Shown here: positions 9,295 through 20,310 of the stretch, piece by piece | Position numbering within the stretch: position 1 is the stretch's first letter | Layout: each line of letters opens with the position of its first letter | NCBI RefSeq assembly: GCF_006345805.1 | Contig: NW_021833510.1 | Span: 1 to 28,560 of the forward strand | Direction: 5' to 3' | Length of the DNA stretch: 28,560 nt | From: Octopus sinensis | Taxonomy: Eukaryota | Made by a program: the position numbers and the translations under genes | Notes under the pieces: generated by a model | Told to the model about the DNA's origin: nothing | Seen by the model: only the letters and a program-made list of their open reading frames with translations | Databases searched by the model: none

Positions 9295-9478
9295 GTCAGC
9301 AGTTTTTTGGGAGTGGGGACACATTGATTACAATGACCCCAGTCTTTGACTGGTACATCATTTTATCATTCCCCAAAGGGATGTAAGAAAAAGTTGATCT
9401 CGGCGGAATTTGAACGCAGGAGATAAAGAAACTCTGTGAAGCATTTTGTCTGACGCGCTAACGATTCTGCCAGCCTTA
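9295..9478 (-). mobile_element. Degenerate SINE D
   Basis: gattacaatgaccccag...tggtac..ccccaaagggatgtaag..ctcggcggaatttgaac...gctaacgattctgccagc. Confidence 0.75.
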
Positions 9479-9519
9479 TTTTGTAATTATTCATTTCTGG
9501 TTTAGAAACACCGTTTGTC

Positions 9520-9725
9520 AGGCGATGGCAAACGACAAATGAACACAAAGAGACTCGCATATATATATATAATAGAAAGGCTTCCACACAGTTTCGGCCA
9601 AGTAAATTCACTTACACCACATTGGTCATCCCGAGGCTATAGTAGAAAACATTTGCCCTAAGGGGATCCGGAACCACATGGTTGCAGAGCGAGCTTCTTA
9701 ATCTCAAAACCATGCCTGTACCTAT
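9520..9725 (-). mobile_element. Degenerate SINE A 5' half
   Basis: ggcttccacacagtttc...cccgaggctatagtagaaaacatttgccc...ggaaccacatggttgc...catgcctgtaccta. Confidence 0.75.
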
Positions 9726-10194
9726 TATGTTTATTAAACATGTGTAGTAAATTAATTTATTTGCATTCTGTTCACAAATCCGCAGTCTCAGCAATTTAGT
9801 TAATTAATTCGTAACATCAGCCAATTAACTGATATGTAAATAAATGAAAGCAGTGCTTGTTACTGCAATTTTCACAAGTAGCTGTAAGCTTCTATCGTTC
9901 TCAGTAGAACGGACGAATTTAACACTCCCGATAAGTCAGTAAAGAACGGGTGAAACTAGTCTAGTTGGCCTTCATTTCATTCATTCAGTCGAGAGAGAGA
10001 GCTCTATGAGATCTTTTTTGTATAGGAAGATTAATTGTATGTGGTATTTACTTGCGCAACATGACTATGATTTGGAGCACCTAATTCTTGGATTTCCTTA
10101 TCCTGGATTGCTCTACCCTTGGATTACACTACACCCTTGAATTCCCTCGGAGTACATTGTTTTTGTACCTTTAATATATATATGTGTGCGTGTG

Positions 10195-10233
<39 letters not shown>

Positions 10234-10710
10234 TATTAGTTGAATGCACACACGTAAGTTATCCACAAAAACACAGTCTCGGTATACTTTAGGTAATAAA
10301 AATACATTTTCTTTGTAAATTTGAACACAAAACGGAAACCAAAAAAAAAAAAAATGTCAACATGAAAAAATGTAACAAAAAAAAAGAAAAGAAAAACAAA
10401 ATAATTCTAATGTTTTCTTTCGTCACCTCGTCATCTATTTAGAATTTGTAAATACGAATGCAAGAAATATTTGAAAGTTTTGCTTCGTTCATTGAAAACA
10501 TTACAGGACCCGCGGCAATAGACCTTGAAGCAATGTACGTCATGCAGATTTCCAAGCCATGTACAGAGGACTAGAATTATGTATAGAAAAAGAAAACAAG
10601 AGCCTGAGAAAGCTGAAAATGCTTTTCGCCAGCCCCCACTTTCTCCAAACACAATAAACAAATATAAGAATACTCAAAAATATTTTTACACTCGTACTAG
10701 TTCTAGATGC

Positions 10711-11090
10711 GGAGGTGCAATGGCCCAGTGGTAAGAGCAGCAGACTCGCGGTCGTAGGACCGTGGTTTCGATTCCCAGGCCGGGTGTTGTGATTGTTTGT
10801 TGACCGAAAACACCCAAAGCTCCATGAGGCTCCGACAAGGGGTGGTGGCGAACCCTGCGGTACTCTTTCACCACAACTTTCTCTCACTCTTTCTTCTTGT
10901 TACTCTTGTACCTGTAATTCAAAGGGGCCAGCCTTGTCACACTCTGTGTTACGCTGAATCTCCCCGAGAACTACGTTAAGGGTACACATGTCTGTGGAGT
11001 GTTCAGCCACTTGCATGTTAATTTCACGAGCAGGCTGTTCAGTTGATCGGATCAGCTGGAACCCTCCTCGTCGCAACCGACGGAGTGCCA
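10711..11090 (+). mobile_element. SINE B, full length, with TSD
   Basis: ggaggtgcaatggcccagtggtaagagcagcagactcgcggtcgtaggaccgtggtttcgattccc head through gacggagtgcca. Flanks ACTAGTTCTAGA (10696) and ACGAGTTCTAGA (11090). Confidence 0.93.
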
Positions 11091-11827
11091 CGAGTTCTAG
11101 ACAACTGACTGTGATCACGAAGTTGTTTGCGTACCGCTGTAGTTGTTGCTGCTGCTGCTGCTGCTATTGTTGTTGTAGTTGCAACTCTGACTTCTTCCAT
11201 TTGATTGCGGAAGCCCGTGAAAAAAATATATACTGTTATAACTATTCGATCGTTTTTCAAATGTTAAACCGCATTATCCACTGTTTTTGTTTTTTAATGA
11301 GGCTACTCAACCATTTTTTTGCATATGGACCTCTTTCAGAAACATTGCGCTAGTGAGTGGCATAAGAAATTTAGCTGCTATTCCTAACACGCCGAGCAAA
11401 CACAGAGGCACCCAAGACTCAAAGACCCCCTCGATGACAAGGGCTCAGTTCATTAGCAGAGTCATCTTCTTGGGGAAGTGATGTTTTTCTCTTAGACTTC
11501 AGAACTCTCTCTTCTGCGAATGCGTCCTATTTTGCAAACGACCCTTTCTACCTTTTGCACAAGACCAGTAATTCTGAGGCGAGGTCAAAAGTCGATTACA
11601 TCGTGAGTCTAAAAAGCTGTATGACAAACCTCAATCTAAATTCCACCAGTTCCAACAGAAAATTTCGACAGGTCGCCACGAGACTTCTGCTAACCAACGA
11701 GAGAAAGGAACAAAAGGTAGTTCTATCCATTTAGTATATTTTTTTTTTGTTTTCTTTTAGCATTTACCCAAAAACCTGAACAATCAGTCACAATGGCTTG
11801 AAACTTGAAGTTGATATGGAATAAATC

Positions 11828-11950
11828 GAAGGATATCCAGCCATAGAAGCCACGCGAAAACAGACAACATAATTTGGCGCAGTCTTCTAACGAGCCAGTT
11901 CCTGCCAAACTGGTCTAATGATGACGACGACGATGATGATGATGATGATA
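11828..11950 (+). mobile_element. Degenerate RTE-type 3' tail ending in (GAT)n
   Basis: ggatatccagccatagaagccacgcgaaaacagac...gcagtcttct..gccagttcctgccaaac followed by gatgacgacgacgatgatgat; family recognised from memory. Confidence 0.5.
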
Positions 11951-12034
11951 AGGAGGGGGAGGACGTGGAAGAGGAGGAGGAGAAGAATATTCAATGTTGT
12001 GTACTGAGAATTGCCATTCTCATTAACATTACTA

Positions 12035-12126
12035 AACACACACACACATGCACACACATTCACGCAAGCACACATACACACACGCACACACATTCACGCA
12101 CACACATTCACGCAATCACGCATGCG

Positions 12127-12176
<50 letters not shown>

Positions 12177-12762
12177 CATGTATGAATATGTGCATGTGTG
12201 TGCGTATGTTGCTGTAAAACAGTATACAGAAAAATTAATTAGCCATCCGGTAATTAGAGATAAAAAAAAAGATTCAGACTAAAAAAGGTAGTGGTATATT
12301 ATCGAGTAAAATCTGTTGAAGAGTGTGCTCCAGCATGGCCGCAGTCTAATTGTACAAACCGGCAACTGTGGAAGCTGAAGACATCACAAATCACACACAC
12401 ACCCACATGCATACATATGTGCATGCATACATGCATGCATGTATGTAAGTGAGGCTCATGTGTATGTGAGTGTGTTTGTGCGTGTGTGAGTATGTTTGTG
12501 TGTGTGTTTGTGTATGTGTGTGTCTGTTTGTGTGTGAGTATGTTTGTGTGTGTGTTTGTGTATGTGTGTGTGTTTTTGTGTGTGTGTGTGTTTGTGAGTG
12601 TGTGTGTGTGTATGTATGTGTGTGCGCGTAGGAAGTCATTTGGTTAAATTTGCTTCCTTTTTATCCCGTTTTTCCGCACACAACCCACAGCAATCTCTCT
12701 CTCTCTCACAGAACACACATATATGTGTGTGTGTATACATACATACATACATACATATATAC

Positions 12763-12832
<70 letters not shown>

Positions 12833-12900
12833 ATATATATATATATATTATATATATATATAATATATATATATACATACATACATATATGCAAATAAAC
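12035..12900. repeat. Large compound microsatellite region ((CA), (TG), (CATA), (TA)) containing a SINE A tail at about 12300-12360
   Basis: Directly visible; gtgctccagcatggccgcagtc at about 12325. Confidence 0.85.
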
Positions 12901-13396
12901 ATGTATTTTAATGTAAGGTCCAGAAAGACAGAAAGAATAAACTGCACGAAAGCAAACCCATGTAATAAGCACGTGTTCTTTGGTACAATTCCAAAACAAA
13001 AATAAATACATGAACACATGAACTACATGAACACGTCATCGATATATCTTTTATGTACGGTCTGATCGATTTTACTTTATTGTGTAGCATATTAGGCGGG
13101 TAGTATTATGCGGGTGTATATATGGATTTAATCAAGTTTGTCCAATAATCTGGATCCACAGGAAATGTGATTTATAGAATTTTTGTTTTTACTTCTTTAC
13201 TTAGTTTCAGCCATCATGGTCAAGACCAGGCTAGAGCATCACCTTAATGCAAGCATGCGTGCATACATACATACATACATACATACACTTACACACACAT
13301 ATATAAAAATACATATATGTATATAAATATATGTATATTAATATATGCATATAAATATATGTATATTAATACACACACACGTATACATACATACAT

Positions 13397-14040
13397 ACTG
13401 GATGTCACTGTACCGTTAAAAAGGTTCCGTCTAGAGCATAGGTTCTCAAATGGGCGCTACCACTCCCCGGTGGGTTTTGAGAGGGTCCAAGTGGGCGCTG
13501 GTGGGCGGGAGGCATTAGGAGGAAGGTAGTGAATTGGGGGACGCTATGAGTTTATAATATTATTATAGTATTATAGTATTGTATACAAATCATATAATAT
13601 ATTAAATATCAATTGATTCATAGTATATATAGAAATTAGTAAAATATAGCATATTTATTTATACATAAAAATAGGGATGGCGGCACTGAGGATATTATGT
13701 ATTCATGAGGTGGGCGGTGGTCCAGAAAGTTTGAGAACTTTTAGTTTACAGTGAAGACCATGTACACCAATAGCTTGGGATTCAAAGCGTCCACGGTTAT
13801 TTAATTCCTTGCCAAAACATTTGTGGGATCTTCATAGTGTAGGGTTAGATGTTTTCAAGAAACAAGTTGACCTCCTGCTGACCAAGGTTCCAGATGAACC
13901 TACATCACAGCAAGAAGCTCAAAATAGAGCAGCAACGTCGAGCTTCTTTGCCAAAAGCTAATTGCCTTTAAAAAGCGATTACACTGGCAGCGCTCCAGCA
14001 TGGCCACAACCATTGGGCTGAAACCATGAAAGAATAAAAT
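13397..14040 (+). mobile_element. Decayed CR1-like LINE 3' end (ORF2 C-terminus and 3' UTR), interrupted by a hAT MITE
   Basis: With the MITE removed it reads TGCHCTVKKVPSRVKTMYTNSLGFK / PRLFNSLPKHLWDLHSVGLDVFKKQVDLLLTKVPDEPTSQQEAQNRAATS, the (G)PRLFNSLP..FK..LD..L..VPDEP pattern of invertebrate CR1-group LINEs. Ends in gctccagcatggccacaacc..gctgaaaccatgaaagaataaaat. Confidence 0.8.
13437..13743. mobile_element. hAT (Charlie-like) MITE, 307 bp
   Basis: TIRs CATAGGTTCTCAAA / TTTGAGAACTTTTA; TSD GTCTAGAG (13429-13436) / GTTTACAG (13744-13751). Excision restores the LINE reading frame. Confidence 0.85.
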
Positions 14041-15253
14041 AATATATATATATACACAAGATGTATCAATTCTATGAATACCTGTGAACTCATATTTCAT
14101 TCAACAATGTGTGTTCATTGTGTATCTATTTGCTGAGCATAGTGCGTGGACATTATGCAATGTATACATATAATCATACATACATATACACGCATACACA
14201 CACATATCCAAAATTGCAATGTATTTGAATAAATGATTGATTAGTCATGGCTTAAATGCTTTTGATCATGAGTCTACTCAATCACAATTGACATGGAAGG
14301 TATGACGGGGTGGAGGCGGCTAACCACGAACAGCAGCAACTGTTTGAACAACAACAACAACAACAACGCCACAGTGGTAATTATTCAATTGATCATGATA
14401 CAGTTGAAATCAAAGTGGGTTTTGGAGAGATTTGAGCTCAGAACTTCGGTAAAAGCTGTAATACAACAATCAGGCTTGTTATTTGAAATCTAAACCGTTT
14501 CTTGTCACACAAACTCTCACGTATATTAATATCTAACACTGGCTCAATATTACTGTTTCGTTTCCTCTCTTTACTCTCAGCTCTGGTTGAACAGACTTGT
14601 AATCAAAAAACAAGCAATCCATGAATAACATCGCATCTTCTGTTTTTGATTACCTCATTGTCAAAACTCTTGAGAATAAGATAAAAGGTTTTGTTATATC
14701 TGTTCTGGTTCTCTGCTCTCTGAGTTTAAATCATACCGAGATCAACTACGCAATTTAGTTTTCCTAGAGTCGATAAAATATTGTATCATAAAAAGTTGTA
14801 AACTGGTGTGATTGTTAAGGATGATAAACCAAATGCCTTGTAATATTTCTACTCATACTCTGCACTCTGAGTTATGGGTTTCATAGACTTAATCTCTCGA
14901 TTATTTTGGCATCACCTCCCGGTCCTTGGTTACCTTTCATAGAGTTTACCCTATTCCAAACATTCTGGCCAAGTGTCTGGTGTGAGGAAAACACCCCCTT
15001 TTTGTCCTACTAGTTTCAAAAGCCCTGAAAAATAGTGTAATGAGCACTTCTGTTCCGCCACTCTCAAACTTATCTTTGAGTTCTTCATTCTAAGTTGCCT
15101 GACATAGCTTGTCTTATCTTGACTTCTCTTAGAATATGTATGTATGTGTGTTTGTATATGGATGTGTGTATGTTTATGCATGTATATATATATATATAAT
15201 ATATATATATATTATATAATATATATATATATATATTATATATATATATATAT

Positions 15254-15722
<469 letters not shown>

Positions 15723-15984
15723 AGAATTACGGAATGGAGTATGGGAATCGGGCTACATATGTTTCGTAACGCGTGGAATCCCAGAAAAGGTAAAATCCAA
15801 GTGAGGTGTATACCGCTGGCCATTCTTCGGGTCAAGGATATCTTGATTAGCTTAAAGGCTACATTGTTGCAAGGAGATACATGGTGACGCCAAGATTCAA
15901 TCAGAATGTGTGGAGTGCACAGTATATAGATATATAAATATATAAACAAATAGAAACAGCAAAAAACAATAAATGCTCACAGTT

Positions 15985-16200
15985 AACACTGGTTTCAAAT
16001 TTTGGCTCAAGGTCAAGTAATTTTAGCGGGGTCAAGTCGATTACATTGGCCTCAGTGCTCAACTGGTACGTATTTTATCAACCCTGAGGATGAAAATCAA
16101 AATCGACCACGGCTGAATTTGAACTCGGAACTTATAAACGGAGGAAATGCCGCTAAGATTTTTCCAAGCGTTCTGACAATTCTGCCAGCTCACCACCTTA
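15985..16200 (-). mobile_element. Degenerate SINE D (older tail type)
   Basis: ggtttcaaattttggctcaagg...gtcgattacattggcctcagtgctcaactggtac...gaatttgaactc...caattctgccagctcaccacctta. Confidence 0.8.
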
Positions 16201-16239
16201 TTCCCACATTTAATATTATTAAGTTAACGCTTTATGAAA

Positions 16240-16276
16240 CATATAACGTTTCGGACATGTTCCTTTATCAGATACA
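16240..16276 (-). ncRNA. Minimal type I hammerhead ribozyme motif (Penelope-type) with a core mutation
   Basis: Minus strand TGTAT-CTGATAA-A-GGA-ACATG-TCC-GAAA-CG-TT-ATATG: CUGAnRA box, helix II GGA/TCC, GAAA, palindromic ACGT helix III, and a 5-pair helix I with 2 GU pairs. G8 is replaced by A. Confidence 0.6.
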
Positions 16277-17041
16277 AGAAGGAGGTCCAAGACAGACGGG
16301 GAAAAGTAGAAATAGCAGGAAGGAGGCAAAAAAGGGAAGTGATCCAGGGAAAAATTTACACACGCACGTTCACACACAAAGAGACAATACACATACAGAC
16401 CCCCCCCCCCACACACACACACAGACACACACACACACAGACACACACACACTCTTACACACACACACAAACATTATACAAGTTACTGTTCCAAATTTCT
16501 CGTTTAAAAGAAGCGTAAGTACGATTTGAGGGCGATTTTCTGCTTGTCAATTTTCCTAATTCTAGAAACCTCATTGGTTCATTGCGATTAATATGGATAA
16601 TGGAAGGCGAACACGTTATAAATAAAGGAAATAAACAAACAAACAAACAAACAAGCAAACAAATACTCAATTTCATTAAAAAGCAAAACACAAACCAGTT
16701 CTGGAATAACGTAAATGATAATAAAAGGAAAAATAACGGAAATAAACGTTGCAGAACAGAGCTTGTACGAAACAATACAAAAGCTACAAGGTAAATATAC
16801 AAGAAGCCAAACAACTTGCATCTATGTTTTTTTCTCTGGGACTGTTCGATTTTATATATATTTTCAATGGATTCAGACTGAGGTGATTTTGTAAAAGGAT
16901 TTTGTTTTACGTTCTTCTTTTTCTCTTTCTTCTTATTACTTTAACAATAGGGGGAGGAACCCTTAGAGGAAAAGAAAAAAATCGATGAAATTTTTTGACT
17001 GGTTTCTTTCTATCACGTACGACTGCTCTGCAGTAGTTATC

Positions 17042-17376
17042 CTTTTATTTGTTTCAGTCATATGATATTGCGGTCATGCTGGAGCACCGTCTTTTAGGTC
17101 TAACAAATTTTAAGTCTGGTACTTATTCTGTCGGTCACTTTTGCGGAACTGCTAGGTTACGGGGACAAACACAGACACACAATCATTTACACACACACAT
17201 ATATATATACATATATATACTTATATATATATATATATACATATCCACTCTCAAGGCTTTGGTCGGCCAGAGGCTATAGTAGAAGACACTTTCCCTAGGT
17301 CCCACGCAGTAGGACTGAACCCGGAGCCATGTGGTTAGTAAGCAAGCTACTTACCACACAGCCACGTTTGTGCCTA
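17042..17376 (-). mobile_element. SINE A with internal deletions
   Basis: gtttcagtca..tgcggtcatgctggagcaccg tail through ggctatagtagaagacact...gtggttagtaagcaagctacttaccacacagccac..tgccta head. Confidence 0.85.
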
Positions 17377-17402
17377 GTAGAAGTGATATTTTATATATTT
17401 CT

Positions 17403-17812
17403 ATCTTTTTGCTAGCTTCAGTCCCTGGACTGCGACCATGCTGGGGCACTACCTCGAAAGGCTTAGCTGAACTAATCGATTCCAATATTTATTTATTTAT
17501 TTGGTTTTTAAGTTTAGGACTTTTATATATTAGGCTGTTTACCGAACCGCTAAATTACGGGAACGTAAACAAATCAGCACCGGCTTTTAAACACAAACAC
17601 ATACATACATACATACATACATACATACATACATACATACATACAACACATTTACGACAGGCTTCTTCCAGTTTCTCTCGAACAAATTCACTGAAAAGGA
17701 TTTGGACGTTCCGCGACCATAGCAAAAGACTCCTGTCTAGGGTGACATGCAGTGGGATTGAACCCACGATCACATGGTTGGGAAACACGCTTCTCAACCA
17801 CATAACCACCCC
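17403..17812 (-). mobile_element. SINE A, older copy with an internal (CATA)n
   Basis: cttcagtc..tgcgaccatgctggggcact...ccgaaccgctaaattacgggaacgtaaac...gcagtgggattgaaccc..catggttgggaaac. Confidence 0.8.
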
Positions 17813-17834
17813 AGTAATCATTTATATTGTTATT

Positions 17835-18052
17835 GTTAGTGTTTAGCGCTCGGTCATTTCTGACTGAACAGACCAATGATCAAAAAGGATTCCGGCCACA
17901 ACTGCATTGTCCTTGTTTCGGACATTATGTCCAGAATTACATAACATCATCCATTAAGCCCACTTATGCCCCTCTCCTTTCCAGACGAGAGGAGAAGGTA
18001 TAGGAAATTCCGTTGCTATTTTTAGCGGATCAAACGATCACGCTAAGGCTCC
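17835..18052 (-). mobile_element. Old repeat family E
   Basis: gtttagcgctcggtca..gaacagaccaatgatcaaaaaggattccggcc...gttgctatttttagcggatcaaacgatcacgctaaggctc; related pieces at 7330, 11365, 14575, 16500, 26070 and 27130-27570. Confidence 0.55.
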
Positions 18053-18054
18053 AA

Positions 18055-18269
18055 TAGTTATAGTAGTAGTACTAGCATCAGCATCAGCTGTAGTAGTGGT
18101 GGTGGTAGTAGTAATAGTAGTAGGAGCAGCTGCAGTAGTAGTGGTAGTGGTCATAGTAGTAACAGCAGTAGTAGTGGTAGTAGTAGTAGTGGTGGTGGTG
18201 GTGGTGGTAGTAGTAGTTGTAGTAGTGGTAGCGGTAGTAGTGGTAGTGGTGGTAGTAGAAGTAGTAGTA

Positions 18270-18307
<38 letters not shown>

Positions 18308-18376
18308 ACAGTAATAATAGTAGTAGTGATGGTGGGGAAGCTGGTGGTAGTAGTATTAGTAGTGGTAGTTGTAGTA
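18055..18376. repeat. (GTA)/(GTG)/(GCA) trinucleotide microsatellite
   Basis: Directly visible. Confidence 0.95.
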
Positions 18377-19122
18377 AGATCCGGACGATGAGATTAGTTT
18401 CAAAGCACTAGTCGCCTACCAATAAATACAACGGTTTGTTATGTTCCAGCAATAAAACTGGCTGACCACTCACAATCCGGCGATCGGTAATCTAAGTACA
18501 TTTGGTATTGATGTTAATGTGTGTGTGTATCTTTAAGGGCATGCGTGTATGTGAATATATGTCCATGTGTACGCGCACGTTTGTGTGTGTGTGTGTGTAT
18601 TTGTGCATCTGTATGTGTGCGTGTTTGCGTGAACGTCCATGCGAGGCTATACGGATGCAAATACAGGTATCTTCTAAGTCTATATATTCATCAGGAAAAA
18701 GCTTAATCCAACACTGATAACGATGGCTACGTATATCTTTCTTTTGTTCGTTGAAATTTTATAACTTCTGTTAACACGCCATAGCACGAGTTACAATTCT
18801 GCAATCTTTTACGTTCTGTAATCCTCCATCAATCGTTGGAACATTAGTAAAAGTACAGTTTTCAGATAATACAACAAGGATTTTATTGAAATCTATTCTT
18901 CCGCACGCTATTATTGGCTACAGCTAGAATAAAATGTATAAGTTTGCTCGCTCAAAACAGCGAAACTATTGTTTGACGGCTTGATTTTTCCGCACACGGT
19001 GTGCGTAGCAGCTACTTATAGTCGGAATTTGAGAATACGGGGAGTAAGTGAAAAGAATGTACTAGCTCTCTCAAAAATCGAACTTGCTTTGATCGGATGC
19101 TCGGTTCATCGAAAGCTAAGAA

Positions 19123-19620
19123 CAGTGTTTCTCAACCATTTTTTAACACTTCTTTGATTCGTGTTTTACTCAAGTGGACCCCCATAGCCATTAAAAGTTT
19201 TAAAAAATCTTATATTTTTATAGGTAACTATTAGACACAGGAGTGGTTGTGTGGTAAATAGCTTGCTTATCAACTACATGGTTCCGGGTTCAGTTCCACT
19301 GTGTGACACCTTGGGCAAGTGTCTTCTACTATAGCCGCGGGCCGACCAAGCCTTCAGTTACAATTGGTTGACGGAAAGAAACCCGTAGTGTATATGTGTG
19401 TGTGTTCGTGCGTGTGTGTGTGTGTTTGTGTTTATGCGTGTGTGTGTTTGTCCCCACCCCCAACCGTAATCGGCAAAAGAGAGCAATAGAATAAGTACTA
19501 GGCTTGCAAAGAATAAGTCCTGGGGCTGATATGCTTCAGCATGGCCACAGTCAAAATGACTGAAACAATATTTGGAATTGCATTAAAAAAATGTTAAAAT
19601 AATTTGTTTATCATAGCAGC
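19123..19620. mobile_element. hAT MITE (left TIR and body) interrupted by SINE A
   Basis: CAGTGTTTCTCAACCATTTTT...gtggacccccatagcc..., resuming at about 19568 (ggaattgcattaaaaaaatg). The right TIR is not found. Confidence 0.65.
19231..19567 (+). mobile_element. SINE A with internal deletions
   Basis: caggagtggttgtgtggtaaatagcttgc...gtgtgacaccttgggcaagtgtcttctactatagcc...cagcatggccacagtcaaaatgactgaaaca. Confidence 0.9.
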
Positions 19621-19689
19621 ATAAGTAATTGGCTTAGAGCTTAACAACTTGGGCATAGAGATTTGAATGTACGAGAAACACACTGCCCA

Positions 19690-20000
19690 TTATCCTTCCA
19701 TCCAGTTTCTCTGCTGGGAGAGTCGTGTGTGCAGAGTACTTAGGTACCTCCTCCATAAGGTCCTATCAGAAACAACCGCCATTACACTTTCTGACTGGAT
19801 TCTCATAGGTAAACATCTGAACTTATGGATATCATTCAACCGTCTTCTCCTTAGTCTGTCCCGCGGTCAATCGCCGCTTGGTTCAGTTTGATCAGCGAAT
19901 AAGATCCACCGCAATAGCAAAAGAAACGAATTGCATGAAATAAGATGGCAGACCTGCACTGATTCATCGAATGCTGAGAATTTGATGGAGCCGAGTTTGG
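19690..20000 (-). mobile_element. Decayed RTE-clade LINE ORF C-terminus
   Basis: The minus strand reads ILFADQTEPSGD*PRDRLRRRRLNDIH..MRIQSESVMAVVSDRTLWRRYL, matching the RTE 'G.RPRGRPR.RW.D.I.....A.DR..WR' ending (from memory). Confidence 0.65.
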
Positions 20001-20149
20001 TGAAGATTTAAGGGGAGTGAATGAAGTAAAAAAAAGTTTCCTACTAAGGAATCTAATTTAAGGGATTCGATTTGGTTGTTAACTCTCAGCAACAGGAACC
20101 CGATATATGTCTGTTTTATTGCATGCTGGGAGAAGCGGTAAGCAGTTCA

Positions 20150-20310
20150 CTAGAGCTAACCGGTGCTGGTTTGCTTGCTTCCCCGTCACGTAGCGGTTTG
20201 GTCTAATGGACCGATAGGAAACAAGAAAATTCCAAAAGGCAATGGCGTCGATGTTTTTCGCTTCCTAAACCCTCAAGGCGGTGCCCCAGTTGGTGCGCTG
20301 TTTTAAAACC
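20150..20310 (+). mobile_element. Degenerate SINE A 3' half
   Basis: aaccggtgctggtttg..ccccgtcacgtagcggtttgg..ccgatagga...tcaaggcggtgccccag. Confidence 0.6.

Noticed and set aside
10458-10575. Short ORF MQEIFESFASFIENITGPAAIDLEAMYVMQISKPCTED
   Set aside because: No recognisable family and no convincing splice or promoter context.
12391-13019. YI-, HT- and CV-rich ORFs here and at 2199-2947, 15471-15949, 20861-21344, 22642-23053 and 27655-28149
   Set aside because: Translations of (TA)n, (CA)n, (TG)n, (TATC)n and (TAA)n tracts.
14880-15130. Possible decayed coding or TE remnant on the minus strand
   Set aside because: Stops in the frames I read and no motif I can assign.
16002-16529. 175-aa ORF
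   Set aside because: It crosses an antisense SINE D, the hammerhead remnant and a (CA)n tract; a chance open frame.
16755-16790. 36-nt exon candidate (GCAG|...AAG|GTAAAT; xQSLYETIQKLQ)
   Set aside because: The upstream region is A-rich with no polypyrimidine tract, so the acceptor is poorly supported.
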